This document shows, one piece after another, positions 1-15,000 of a stretch of 64,000 bases of DNA. A program made the position numbers and the translations under genes. The notes beneath the pieces were generated by a model. The model was not told where the DNA came from, did no database searches, and worked only from the letters and a program-made list of their open reading frames with translations. Origin of the DNA: Haplodiscus bocki (Eukaryota); contig OZ296652.1 of the NCBI GenBank assembly GCA_965655095.1, positions 57,784,001 to 57,848,000 on the forward strand, written 5' to 3'. Numbering within the stretch: position 1 is the first letter of the stretch; each line of letters opens with the position of its first letter.

Positions 1-3000
1 CTTGCGATGAATTTTCTGAAAACGTCCCAAACAAAGATCTTATTCAACTGTTTTCTAATGCATCCATCGATATTTTGGATTCCTCGTAGGCAAAAGGTTT
101 GAAGCCTGAAGAGGCATCGGACAGATCTGACATACGACAGCTTTAGATGACGAAGTTCAGGAGATGCTGAAATCCGTGAACGACAGTCAAGGGCTCCGGA
201 ATATCGGCTGGTTTCAGCCGGTCACGGAAGAAGAAGGGACAGCCGTTGAGCACCAGCGGTTCCACGTCTGCTCCCTTTCACCCCGAAATACCTCTACTCG
301 AGGAGCAATTTAGCATGAAAATCTACCTATAATCCAGTAATTCTTGTCAGAACAGAATTTTTCAGGATGCAGGAGAACATAGAATCCTACAAAACGAGTC
401 CGGGTCTGTTCAACAGGATGCCGAGCTCAACTTGGGGAAGCGATTCCTCTTTTCTGTTAAATCGACTCCATGAGTTCATCTCGTCTTCTTCAAAATCTAA
501 TGTACTCAAAACTTAAACTGCCATCTGGCTGAAACAAAAAATTCGAGAACAATGAAAAAACTAAGAACACAAGGACATCCCCCCACCGAGCCAAAAAAAT
601 TACCAAAAACAAAAAAGAACAAAAAAAATGTTCAAAACAAAAAGGAACCCTCCAAAACTGAGAATGTTTTTTGTTGAGAGAGAAATGTCATTGGTGTTTT
701 TGTGTGTGTTGGATATCTTTGCAAACGTCATCCATTTTTTTCATCACGAAACTTTGAGAAAATTCTCTTATATTCCTTTAAATGTAAAAACTGTAAACAT
801 TTGTAAACAATAGAGACTGACGAAAAATTTAACAAGCAATCGGAGACAATGGGTAAGTTTTGTACAAAAATGTGAATGTGTACTTAAGAAAAGTCTGCTT
901 CTTTATGAATTTAGAAGCTATAGGCGTAATAAAAGCGATCGCAAAGAAATTAGTCGCTAACAAGGAGAAACTGTTTTGAGCCTTCGCAGAAACGATCACA
1001 AGACAACTGAGTCGGTTTTGATTGCCTCTACATCTTTCCAGATAAAAAGCCCGGTTTACTAAAAACCTCGCTGTCCTTTGCTCCGGCTAAAATTTTTATC
1101 CAAGTTCGATCCAATTTCAATCGATGAGCTGTTAAAAAAACAGTGAGACATCGCGTTACATCGGGTACAAGGGACGTTGTTATATGTATCACAACCTTCA
1201 AAAAACTGAAAACTGACTTTCGTGAAGTCCAATCATGGGAGCGGGTCCACACAAAGGAAAGCAGAAATGGAGAAAAACCAGTTTCGTGGTTTCTGGAGTC
1301 CCTGGTACATTCAATGTCATGGCGCTCATTTCCCACAATAGTGAAGAGTCATGATGACTCCTTCGCTACGCGGAAGCCTGGCGACCTGGCAGTCAAGTAG
1401 CCATTATCAAGCGAAGTCGAGGGCGAATTTTCCAGAGTAGTTACACCCTCAATTACAACGAAAGAGCCGTTGCTTCCTGTGGAACTTAATACAAGTATCA
1501 CCTTGCCTCCGTATAATGTCGAGCTAGCTTCAACAGAGTTTCACTTTTTCAGTTTTTCTACCAAAAACCCATGAGTAGATACACCTGTAATTGCCGAAAG
1601 CTGGTTTCCCGGGGGAAAATGCTGCAATCAAACGTTTCATGACCCATGCGGCTGTAGCGCGTCGCAGGATAAAATATGGGTGCTCCCTGTGGAGTTGTAG
1701 CGATGAATTGAAAACCTGCGAGGAATTTTCTGAAAACGTCCCAAACAAAGATCTTATTCAACTGTTTTCTAATGCATCCACCGATATTTTAGTTTCCTCG
1801 TAGGCAAAAGGTTTGAAGCCTGAAGAGGCATCGGACAGATCTGACATACGACAGCTTGAGATGACGAAGTTCAGGAGATGGTGAAATACGTGAACGACAA
1901 TCAATGCTTCCGAAAAATCGGCTGGTATCAGACAGTCGCAGATGAAGAAAGGACAGCCGTTGAGCACCAGCCGTTCCACTTCTGCTCGCTTCAACTCCGA
2001 ATTACCTCTACTTGAGGAGCAATTCAGCCCGAAAATCTAACTATAACCCCCTATTGCTAGTCAGGACAGTTTCTTTCAGGATGCAGAACATGGAAGCCTA
2101 CAAAAGCAGTCTGTTCACCAGGATTCCGAGCTTAACTTGAGGAAGCGATTCCTCCTTCCTGCCAATTCCACTTCATGAGTCTATCTCGTCTTCTTCAAAA
2201 TCAGATCCGCTCAAAACCTAACCTGCCATCTGGCCGAAATAAAAAACTCGATAGAAGCAAAAAAAAACTAAGAACACAAGAACCCCCCCCCCCATTATCC
2301 CCCGCCACAAAAAACACCAAGAACAAAAAGAACCCTCCAAAACGGCGGGTGTTTTTTGTTAAGGAAGAAATTAAGTCATTGGTGTTTTTGTGTTTATTGA
2401 ACACCTTTGCAAATGTCATCCATTTCTTTCATCACAAAACTTTGACAAAAATCATCCTATAGTGCTCTAAATGTACAAAATGTAAATATTTGTAAGCAAT
2501 GCTGACTGGTGAAAAATTTAACAAGCAATCGGAGACAATGGCTAAGTTTTGTATAAAATTGTGAAGGTGTACATAAAAAAGTCGGCTTCGTCATGAGTTT
2601 AGAAGCTATAGAAAGCGTAGTGAAAGCGGTCGCAAAGAAATTAGTCGCTAACATGGAGAAATTGTTTTGAGCCTTCGCAGAAACGATAACGTGAAAAAAG
2701 AGTCTGTTTTGATTGCCTCTACATCTTTCCAGATAAAAAGCCCGGTTTACTAAAAACCTCGCTGTCCCTTGCTCCGGCTCAAATTTTTATCCAAGTTCGA
2801 TCCAATTTCAATCGATGAGCTGTTAAAAAAACAGTGAGACATCGCGTTACATCGGGTACAAGGGACGTTGTTATATGCATCCCAGCCGTCAAAAAGAAAT
2901 GAAAAACTAACTTTCGCCAAGTCCAATCGTGAGTACGGGTTCACAGAGAGATAAGTAAAAATGGAGATATACAACCCTTCCCTTGGTTTTTGGAAGTCCC

Positions 3001-6000
3001 GGGTACATCCAATGTCGTGGCGCCATTTTTCCCCAATAAAGGAGAGTCATGACAACTCCTTCGCTACGCGGAAGCCCTGCGACCTGGCAGTCAAGTAGCC
3101 ATTATCAAGCGAAGTCAAGGGCCAATTTTCCAGAGGGGTTACACCCTCAATTACAACGAAAGAGCCGTTGCTTCCTGTGGAACCTAATACAAGTATCACC
3201 TTGCCTCCGTATAATGTCGAGCTAGCTTCAACAGAGTTTCACTTTTTCAGTTTTTCTACCAAAAACCCATGAGTAGATACAGCTGTAATTGCCGAAAGCT
3301 GGTTTCCCGGGGGAAAATGCTGCAATCAAACGTTTCATGACCCATGCGGCTGTAGCGCGTCGCAGGATAAAATATGGGTGCTCCCTGTGGAGTTGTAGCG
3401 ATGAATTGAAAACCTGCGATGAATTTTCTGAAAACGTCCCAAACAAAGATCTTATTCAACTGTTTTCTAATGCATCCACCGATATTTTGGTTTCCTCGTA
3501 GGCAAAAGGTTTGAAGCCTGAAGAGGCATCGGACAGATCTGACATACGACAGCTTGAGATGACGAAGTTCAGGAGATGGTGAAATACGTGAACGACAATC
3601 AATGCTTCCGAAAAATCGGCTGGTATCAGACAGTCGCAGATGAAGAAAGGACAGCCGTTGAGCACCAGCCGTTCCACTTCTGCTCGCTTCAACTCCGAAT
3701 TACCTCTACTTGAGGAGCAATTCAGCCCGAAAATCTAACTATAACCCCCTATTGCTAGTCAGGACAGTTTCTTTCAGGATGCAGAACATGGAAGCCTACA
3801 AAAGCAGTCTGTTCACCAGGATTCCGAGCTTAACTTGAGGAAGCGATTCCTCCTTCCTGCCAATTCCACTTCATGAGTCTATCTCGTCTTCTTCAAAATC
3901 AGATCCGCTCAAAACCTAACCTGCCATCTGGCCGAAATAAAAAACTCGATAGAAGCAAAAAAAAACTAAGAACACAAGAACCCCCCCCCCCATTATCCCC
4001 CGCCACAAAAAACACCAAGAACAAAAAGAACCCTCCAAAACGGCGGGTGTTTTTTGTTAAGGAAGAAATTAAGTCATTGGTGTTTTTGTGTTTATTGAAC
4101 ACCTTTGCAAATGTCATCCATTTCTTTCATCACAAAACTTTGACAAAAATCATCCTATAGTGCTCTAAATGTACAAAATGTAAATATTTGTAAGCAATGC
4201 TGACTGGTGAAAAATTTAACAAGCAATCGGAGAAAATGGCTAAGTTTTGTATAAAATTGTGAAGGTGTACATAAAAAAGTCAGCTTCATCATGAGTTTAG
4301 AAGCTATAGAAAGCGTAGTGAAAGCGGTCGCAAAGAAATTAGTTGCTAACATGGAGAAATTGTTTTGAGCCTTCGCAGAAACGATAACGTGAAAAAAGAG
4401 TCTGTTTTGATTGCCTCTACATCTTTCCAGATAAAAAGCCCGGTTTACTAAAAACCTCGCTGTCCCTTGCTCCGGCTCAAATTTTTATCCAAGTTCGATC
4501 CAATTTCAATCGATGAGCTGTTAAAAAAACAGTGAGACATCGCGTTACATCGGGTACAAGGGACGTTGTTATATGCATCCCAGCCGTCAAAAAGAAATGA
4601 AAAACTAACTTTCGCCAAGTCCAATCGTGAGTACGGGTTCACAGAGAGATAAGTAAAAATGGAGATATACCACCCTTCCCTTGGTTTTTGGAAGTCCCGG
4701 GTACATCCAATGTCATGGCGCTATTTTTCCCCAATAAAGGAGAGTCATGACAACTCCTTCGCTACGCGGAAGCCCTGCGACCTGGCAGTCAAGTAGCCAT
4801 TATCAAGCGAAGTCAAGGGCCAATTTTCCAGAGGGGTTACACCCTCAATTACAACGAAAGAGCCGTTGCTTCCTGTGGAACCTAATACAAGTATCACCTT
4901 GCCTCCGTATAATGTCGAGCTAGCTTCAACAGAGTTTCACTTTTTCAGTTTTTCTACCAAAAACCCATGAGTAGATACAGCTGTAATTGCCGAAAGCTGG
5001 TTTCCCGGGGAAAATGCTGCAATCAAACGTTTCATGACCCATGCGGCTGTAGCGCGTCGCAGGATAAAATATGGGTGCTCCCTGTGGAGTTGTAGCGATG
5101 AATTGAAAACCTGCGAGGAATTTTCTGAAAACGTCCCAAACAAAGATCTTATTCAACTGTTTTCTAATGCATCCACCGATATTTTGGTTTCCTCGTAGGC
5201 AAAAGGTTTGAAGCCTGAAGAGGCATCGGACAGATCTGACATACGACAGCTTGAGATGACGAAGTTCAGGAGATGGTGAAATACGTGAACGACAATCAAT
5301 GCTTCCGAAAAATCGGCTGGTATCAGACAGTCGCAGATGAAGAAAGGACAGCCGTTGAGCACCAGCCGTTCCACTTCTGCTCGCTTCAACTCCGAATTAC
5401 CTCTACTTGAGGAGCAATTCAGCCCGAAAATCTAACTATAACCCCCTATTGCTAGTCAGGACAGTTTCTTTCAGGATGCAGAACATGGAAGCCTACAAAA
5501 GCAGTCTGTTCACCAGGATTCCGAGCTTAACTTGAGGAAGCGATTCCTCCTTCCTGCCAATTCCACTTCATGAGTCTATCTCGTCTTCTTCAAAATCAGA
5601 TCCGCTCAAAACCTAACCTGCCATCTGGCCGAAATAAAAAACTCGATAGAAGCAAAAAAAAAACTAAGAACACAAGAACCCCCCCCCCCCCCCCATTATC
5701 CCCCGCCACAAAAAACACCAAGAACAAAAAGAACCCTCCAAAACGGCGGGTGTTTTTTGTTAAGGAAGAAATTAAGTCATTGGTGTTTTTGTGTTTATTG
5801 AACACCTTTGCAAATGTCATCCATTTCTTTCATCACAAAACTTTGACAAAAATCATCCTATAGTGCTCTAAATGTACAAAATGTAAATATTTGTAAGCAA
5901 TGCTGACTGGTGAAAAATTTAACAAGCAATCGGAGACAATGGCTAAGTTTTGTATAAAATTGTGAAGGTGTACATAAAAAAGTCGGCTTCGTCATGAGTT

Positions 6001-9000
6001 TAGAAGCTATAGAAAGCGTAGTGAAAGCGGTCGCAAAGAAATTAGTCGCTAACATGGAGAAATTGTTTTGAGCCTTCGCAGAAACGATAACGTGAAAAAA
6101 GAGTCTGTTTTGATTGCCTCTACATCTTTCCAGATAAAAAGCCCGGTTTACTAAAAACCTCGCTGTCCCTTGCTCCGGCTCAAATTTTTATCCAAGTTCG
6201 ATCCAATTTCAATCGATGAGCTGTTAAAAAAACAGTGAGACATCGCGTTACATCGGGTACAAGGGACGTTGTTATATGCATCCCAGCCGTCAAAAAGAAA
6301 TGAAAAACTAACTTTCGCCAAGTCCAATCGTGAGTACGGGTTCACAGAGAGATAAGTAAAAATGGAGATATACAACCCTTCCCTTGGTTTTTGGAAGTCC
6401 CGGGTACATCCAATGTCGTGGCGCCATTTTTCCCCAATAAAGGAGAGTCATGACAACTCCTTCGCTACGCGGAAGCCCTGCGACCTGGCAGTCAAGTAGC
6501 CATTATCAAGCGAAGTCAAGGGCCAATTTTCCAGAGGGGTTACACCCTCAATTACAACGAAAGAGCCGTTGCTTCCTGTGGAACCTAATACAAGTATCAC
6601 CTTGCCTCCGTATAATGTCGAGCTAGCTTCAACAGAGTTTCACTTTTTCAGTTTTTCTACCAAAAACCCATGAGTAGATACAGCTGTAATTGCCGAAAGC
6701 TGGTTTCCCGGGGGAAAATGCTGCAATCAAACGTTTCATGACCCATGCGGCTGTAGCGCGTCGCAGGATAAAATATGGGTGCTCCCTGTGGAGTTGTAGC
6801 GATGAATTGAAAACCTGCGATGAATTTTCTGAAAACGTCCCAAACAAAGATCTTATTCAACTGTTTTCTAATGCATCCACCGATATTTTGGTTTCCTCGT
6901 AGGCAAAAGGTTTGAAGCCTGAAGAGGCATCGGACAGATCTGACATACGACAGCTTGAGATGACGAAGTTCAGGAGATGGTGAAATACGTGAACGACAAT
7001 CAATGCTTCCGAAAAATCGGCTGGTATCAGACAGTCGCAGATGAAGAAAGGACAGCCGTTGAGCACCAGCCGTTCCACTTCTGCTCGCTTCAACTCCGAA
7101 TTACCTCTACTTGAGGAGCAATTCAGCCCGAAAATCTAACTATAACCCCCTATTGCTAGTCAGGACAGTTTCTTTCAGGATGCAGAACATGGAAGCCTAC
7201 AAAAGCAGTCTGTTCACCAGGATTCCGAGCTTAACTTGAGGAAGCGATTCCTCCTTCCTGCCAATTCCACTTCATGAGTCTATCTCGTCTTCTTCAAAAT
7301 CAGATCCGCTCAAAACCTAACCTGCCATCTGGCCGAAATAAAAAACTCGATAGAAGCAAAAAAAAACTAAGAACACAAGAACCCCCCCCCCCCCCCATTA
7401 TCCCCCGCCACAAAAAACACCAAGAACAAAAAGAACCCTCCAAAACGGCGGGTGTTTTTTGTTAAGGAAGAAATTAAGTCATTGGTGTTTTTGTGTTTAT
7501 TGAACACCTTTGCAAATGTCATCCATTTCTTTCATCACAAAACTTTGACAAAAATCATCCTATAGTGCTCTAAATGTACAAAATGTAAATATTTGTAAGC
7601 AATGCTGACTGGTGAAAAATTTAACAAGCAATCGGAGAAAATGGCTAAGTTTTGTATAAAATTGTGAAGGTGTACATAAAAAAGTCAGCTTCATCATGAG
7701 TTTAGAAGCTATAGAAAGCGTAGTGAAAGCGGTCGCAAAGAAATTAGTTGCTAACATGGAGAAATTGTTTTGAGCCTTCGCAGAAACGATAACGTGAAAA
7801 AAGAGTCTGTTTTGATTGCCTCTACATCTTTCCAGATAAAAAGCCCGGTTTACTAAAAACCTCGCTGTCCCTTGCTCCGGCTCAAATTTTTATCCAAGTT
7901 CGATCCAATTTCAATCGATGAGCTGTTAAAAAAACAGTGAGACATCGCGTTACATCGGGTACAAGGGACGTTGTTATATGCATCCCAGCCGTCAAAAAGA
8001 AATGAAAAACTAACTTTCGCCAAGTCCAATCGTGAGTACGGGTTCACAGAGAGATAAGTAAAAATGGAGATATACCACCCTTCCCTTGGTTTTTGGAAGT
8101 CCCGGGTACATCCAATGTCATGGCGCTATTTTTCCCCAATAAAGGAGAGTCATGACAACTCCTTCGCTACGCGGAAGCCCTGCGACCTGGCAGTCAAGTA
8201 GCCATTATCAAGCGAAGTCAAGGGCCAATTTTCCAGAGGGGTTACACCCTCAATTACAACGAAAGAGCCGTTGCTTCCTGTGGAACCTAATACAAGTATC
8301 ACCTTGCCTCCGTATAATGTCGAGCTAGCTTCAACAGAGTTTCACTTTTTCAGTTTTTCTACCAAAAACCCATGAGTAGATACAGCTGTAATTGCCGAAA
8401 GCTGGTTTCCCGGGGAAAATGCTGCAATCAAACGTTTCATGACCCATGCGGCTGTAGCGCGTCGCAGGATAAAATATGGGTGCTCCCTGTGGAGTTGTAG
8501 CGATGAATTGAAAACCTGCGATGAATTTTCTGAAAACGTCCCAAACAAAGATCTTATTCAACTGTTTTCTAATGCATCCACCGATATTTTGGTTTCCTCG
8601 TAGGCAAAAGGTTTGAAGCCTGAAGAGGCATCGGACAGATCTGACATACGACAGCTTGAGATGACGAAGTTCAGGAGATGGTGAAATACGTGAACGACAA
8701 TCAATGCTTCCGAAAAATCGGCTGGTATCAGACAGTCGCAGATGAAGAAAGGACAGCCGTTGAGCACCAGCCGTTCCACTTCTGCTCGCTTCAACTCCGA
8801 ATAACCTCTACTTGAGGAGCAATTCAGCCCGAAAATCTAACTATAACCCCCTATTTCTAGTCAGGACAGTTTCTTTCAGGATGCAGAACATGGAAGCCTA
8901 CAAAAGCATTCTGTTCACCAGAATTCCGAGCTTAACTTGAGGAAGCGATTCCTCCTTCCTGCCAATTCCACTTCATGAGTCTATCTCGTCTTCTTCAAAA

Positions 9001-12000
9001 TCAGATCCGCTCAAAACCTAACCTGCCATCTGGCCGAAATAAAAAACTCGATAGAAGCAAAAAAACTAAGAACACAAGAACCCCCCCCCCCCCATTATCC
9101 CCCGCCACAAAAAACACCAAGAACAAAAAGAACCCTCCAAAACGGCGGGTGTTTTTTGTTAAGGAAGAAATTAAGTCATTGGTGTTTTTGTGTTTATTGA
9201 ACACCTTTGCAAATGTCATCCATTTCTTTCATCACAAAACTTTGACAAAAATCCTCCTATAGTGCTCTAAATGTACAAAATGTAAATATTTGTAAGCAAT
9301 GCTGACTGGTGAAAAATTTAACAAGCAATCGGAGAAAATGGCTAAGTTTTGTATAAAATTGTGAAGGTGTACATAAAAAAGTCAGCTTCATCATGAGTTT
9401 AGAAGCTATAGAAAGCGTAGTGAAAGCGGTCGCAAAGAAATTAGTTGCTAACATGGAGAAATTGTTTTGAGCCTTCGCAGAAACGATAACGTGAAAATTG
9501 AGTCGGATTTGATTGTATCAATATCTTTCCACAAAAAATGCCCCGTTTTCTTGAAGCCTCACTGTCCCTTGCTCAGGCTCAAACTTTTATCCAAGTTCGA
9601 TCCAATTTCAGTCGATGACCTGTTAAACAACAGCGAGACATCGCGTTACATCGGGTCCAAGCGACGTTGTTATATGCATCCCAGCCGTCAAAAAGAAATG
9701 AAAAACTAACTTTCGCCAAGTCCAATCATGAGTACGGGTTCACAGAGAGATAAGTAAAAATGGAGATATACCACCCTTCCCTTGGTTTTTGGAAGTCCCG
9801 GGTACATCCAATGTCATGGCGCCATTTTTCCCCAATAAAGGAGAGTCATGACAACTCCTTCGCTACGCGGAAGCCCTGCGACCTGGCAGTCAAGTAGCCA
9901 TTATCAAGCGAAGTCAAGGGCCAATTTTCCAGAGGGGTTACACCCTCAATTACAACGAAAGAGCCGTTGCTTCCTGTGGAACCTAATACAAGTATCACCT
10001 TGCCTCCGTATAATGTCGAGCTAGCTTCAACAGAGTTTCACTTTTTCAGTTTTTCTACCAAAAACCCATGAGTAGATACAGCTGTAATTGCCGAAAGCTG
10101 GTTTCCCGGGGAAAATGCTGCAATCAAACGTTTCATGACCCATGCGGCTGTAGCGCGTCGCAGGATAAAATATGGGTGCTCCCTGTGGAGTTGTAGCGAT
10201 GAATTGAAAACCTGCGATGAATTTTCTGAAAACGTCCCAAACAAAGATCTTATTCAACTGTTTTCTAATGCATCCACCGATATTTTGGTTTCCTCGTAGG
10301 CAAAAGGTTTGAAGCCTGAAGAGGCATCGGACAGATCTGACATACGACAGCTTGAGATGACGAAGTTCAGCAGATGGTGAAATACGTGAACGACAATCAA
10401 TGCTTCCGAAAAATCGGCTGGTATCAGACAGTCGCAGATGAAGAAAGGACAGCCGTTGAGAACCAGCCGTTCCACTTCTGCTCGCTTCAACTCCGAATTA
10501 CCTCTACTTGAGGAGCAATTCAGCCCGAAAATCTAACTATAACCCCCTATTGCTAGTCAGGACAGTTTCTTTCAGGATGCAGAACATGGAAGCCTACAAA
10601 AGCAGTCTGTTCACCAGGATTCCGAGCTTAACTTGAGGAAGCGATTCCTCCTTCCTGCCAATTCCACTTCATGAGTCTATCTCGTCTTCTTCAAAATCAG
10701 ATCCGCTCAAAACCTAACCTGCCATCTGGCCGAAATAAAAAACTCGATAGAAGCAAAAAAAACTAAGAACACAAGAACCCCCCCCCATTATCCCCCGCCA
10801 CAAAAAACACCAGGAACAAAAAGAACCCTCCAAAACGGCGGGTGTTTTTTGTTAAGGAAGAAATTAAGTCATTGGTGTTTTTGTGTTTATTGAACACCTT
10901 TGCAAATGTCATCCATTTCTTTCATCACAAAACTTTGACAAAAATCCTCTTATAGTGCTCTAAATGTACAAAATGTAAATATTTGTAAGCAATGCTGACT
11001 GGTGAAAAATTTAACAAGCAATCGGAGAAAATGGCTAAGTTTTGTATAAAATTGTGAAGGTGTACATAAAAAAGTCAGCTTCATCATGAGTTTAGAAGCT
11101 ATAGAAAGCGTAGTGAAAGCGGTCGCAAAGAAATTAGTTGCTAACATGGAGAAATTGTTTTGAGCCTTCGCAGAAACGATAACGTGAAAATTGAGTCGGA
11201 TTTGATTGCATCAACATCTTTCCACAAAAAATGCCCGGTTTTCTTGAAGCCTTACTGTCCCTTGCTCAGGCTCAAACTTTTATCCAAGTTCGATCCAATT
11301 TCAATCGATGAGCTGTTAAAAAAAACAGTGAGACATCGCGTTACATCGGGTACAAGGGACGTTGTTATATGCATCCCAGCCGTCAAAAAGAAATGAAAAA
11401 CTAACTTTCGCCAAGTCCAATCGTGAGTACGGGTTCACAGAGAGATAAGTAAAAATGGAGATATACAACCCTTCCCTTGGTTTTTGGAAGTCCCGGGTAC
11501 ATCCAATGTCGTGGCGCCATTTTTCCCCAATAAAGGAGAGTCATGACAACTCCTTCGCTACGCGGAAGCCCTGCGACCTGGCAGTCAAGTAGCCATTATC
11601 AAGCGAAGTCAAGGGCCAATTTTCCAGAGGGGTTACACCCTCAATTACAACGAAAGAGCCGTTGCTTCCTGTGGAACCTAATACAAGTATCACCTTGCCT
11701 CCGTATAATGTCGAGCTAGCTTCAACAGAGTTTCACTTTTTCAGTTTTTCTACCAAAAACCCATGAGTAGATACAGCTGTAATTGCCGAAAGCTGGTTTC
11801 CCGGGGGAAAATGCTGCAATCAAACGTTTCATGACCCATGCGGCTGTAGCGCGTCGCAGGATAAAATATGGGTGCTCCCTGTGGAGTTGTAGCGATGAAT
11901 TGAAAACCTGCGATGAATTTTCTGAAAACGTCCCAAACAAAGATCTTATTCAACTGTTTTCTAATGCATCCACCGATATTTTGGTTTCCTCGTAGGCAAA

Positions 12001-15000
12001 AGGTTTGAAGCCTGAAGAGGCATCGGACAGATCTGACATACGACAGCTTGAGATGACGAAGTTCAGGAGATGGTGAAATACGTGAACGACAATCAATGCT
12101 TCCGAAAAATCGGCTGGTATCAGACAGTCGCAGATGAAGAAAGGACAGCCGTTGAGCACCAGCCGTTCCACTTCTGCTCGCTTCAACTCCGAATAACCTC
12201 TACTTGAGGAGCAATTCAGCCCGAAAATCTAACTATAACCCCCTATTTCTAGTCAGGACAGTTTCTTTCAGGATGCAGAACATGGAAGCCTACAAAAGCA
12301 GTCTGTTCACCAGGATTCCGAGCTTAACTTGAGGAAGCGATTCCTCCTTCCTGCCAATTCCACTTCATGAGTCTATCTCGTCTTCTTCAAAATCAGATCC
12401 GCTCAAAACCTAACCTGCCATCTGGCCGAAATAAAAAACTCGATAGAAGCAAAAAAAACTAAGAACACAAGAACCCCCCCCCCCCATTATCCCCCGCCAC
12501 AAAAAACACCAAGAACAAAAAGAACCCTCCAAAACGGCGGGTGTTTTTTGTTAAGGAAGAAATTAAGTCATTGGTGTTTTTGTGTTTATTGAACACCTTT
12601 GCAAATGTCATCCATTTCTTTCATCACAAAACTTTGACAAAAATCCTCCTATAGTGCTCTAAATGTACAAAATGTAAATATTTGTAAGCAATGCTGACTG
12701 GTGAAAAATTTAACAAGCAATCGGAGAAAATGGCTAAGTTTTGTATAAAATTGTGAAGGTGTACATAAAAAAGTCAGCTTCATCATGAGTTTAGAAGCTA
12801 TAGAAAGCGTAGTGAAAGCGGTCGCAAAGAAATTAGTTGCTAACATGGAGAAATTGTTTTGAGCCTTCGCAGAAACGATAACGTGAAAATTGAGTCGGAT
12901 TTGATTGCATCAATATCTTTCCACAAAAAATGCCCCGTTTTCTTGAAGCCTCACTGTCCCTTGCTCAGGCTCAAACTTTTATCCAAGTTCGATCCAATTT
13001 CAGTCGATGACCTGTTAAACAACAGCGAGACATCGCGTTACATCGGGTCCAAGCGACGTTGTTATATGCATCCCAGCCGTCAAAAAGAAATGAAAAACTA
13101 ACTTTCGCCAAGTCCAATCATGAGTACGGGTTCACAGAGAGATAAGTAAAAATGGAGATATACCACCCTTCCCTTGGTTTTTGGAAGTCCCGGGTACATC
13201 CAATGTCATGGCGCCATTTTTCCCCAATAAAGGAGAGTCATGACAACTCCTTCGCTACGCGGAAGCCCTGCGACCTGGCAGTCAAGTAGCCATTATCAAG
13301 CGAAGTCAAGGGCCAATTTTCCAGAGGGGTTACACCCTCAATTACAACGAAAGAGCCGTTGCTTCCTGTGGAACCTAATACAAGTATCACCTTGCCTCCG
13401 TATAATGTCGAGCTAGCTTCAACAGAGTTTCACTTTTTCAGTTTTTCTACCAAAAACCCATGAGTAGATACAGCTGTAATTGCCGAAAGCTGGTTTCCCG
13501 GGGGAAAATGCTGCAATCAAACGTTTCATGACCCATGCGGCTGTAGCGCGTCGCAGGATAAAATATGGGTGCTCCCTGTGGAGTTGTAGCGATGAATTGA
13601 AAACCTGCGATGAATTTTCTGAAAACGTCCCAAACAAAGATCTTATTCAACTGTTTTCTAATGCATCCACCGATATTTTGGTTTCCTCGTAGGCAAAAGG
13701 TTTGAAGCCTGAAGAGGCATCGGACAGATCTGACATACGACAGCTTGAGATGACGAAGTTCAGGAGATGGTGAAATACGTGAACGACAATCAATGCTTCC
13801 GAAAAATCGGCTGGTATCAGACAGTCGCAGATGAAGAAAGGACAGCCGTTGAGCACCAGCCGTTCCACTTCTGCTCGCTTCAACTCCGAATAACCTCTAC
13901 TTGAGGAGCAATTCAGCCCGAAAATTTAACTATAACCCCCTATTTCTAGTCAGGACAGTTTCTTTCAGGATGCAGAACATGGAAGCCTACAAAAGCAGTC
14001 TGTTCACCAGGATTCCGAGCTTAACTTGAGGAAGCGATTCCTCCTTCCTGCCAATTCCACTTCATGAGTCTATCTCGTCTTCTTCAAAATCAGATCCGCT
14101 CAAAACCTAACCTGCCATCTGGCCGAAATAAAAAACTCGATAGAAGCAAAAAAAACTAAGAACACAAGAACCCCCCCCCCCCATTATCCCCCGCCACAAA
14201 AAACACCAAGAACAAAAAGAACCCTCCAAAACGGCGGGTGTTTTTTGTTAAGGAAAAAATTAAGTCATTGGTGTTTTTGTGTTTATTGAACACCTTTGCA
14301 AATGTCATCCATTTCTTTCACCACAAAACTTTGACAAAAATCCTCCTATAGTGCTCTAAATGTACAAAATGTAAATATTTGTAAGCAATGCTGACTGGTG
14401 AAAAATTTAACAAGCAATCGGAGAAAATGGCTAAGTTTTGTATAAAATTGTGAAGGTGTACATAAAAAAGTCAGCTTCGTCATGAGTTTAGAAGCTATAG
14501 AAAGCGTAGTGAAAGCGGTCAAAAAGAAATTAGTTGCTAACATGGAGAAATTGTTTTGAGCCTTCGCAGAAACGATAACGTGAAAATTGAGTCGGATTTG
14601 ATTGCATCAATATCTTTCCACAAAAAATGCCCCGTTTTCTTGAAGCCTCACTGTCCCTTGCTCAGGCTCAAACTTTTATCCAAGTTCGATCCAATTTCAG
14701 TCGATGACCTGTTAAACAACAGCGAGACATCGCGTTATATCGGGTCCAAGCGACGTTGTTATATGCATCCCAGCCGTCAAAAAGAAATGAAAAACTAACT
14801 TTCGCCAAGTCCAATCATGAGTACGGGTTCACAGAGAGATAAGTAAAAATGGAGATATACCACCCTTCCCTTGGTTTTTGGAAGTCCCGGGTACATCCAA
14901 TGTCGTGGCGCCATTTTTCCCCAATAAAGGAGAGTCATGACAACTCCTTCGCTACGCGGAAGCCCTGCGACCTGGCAGTCAAGTAGCCATTATCAAGCGA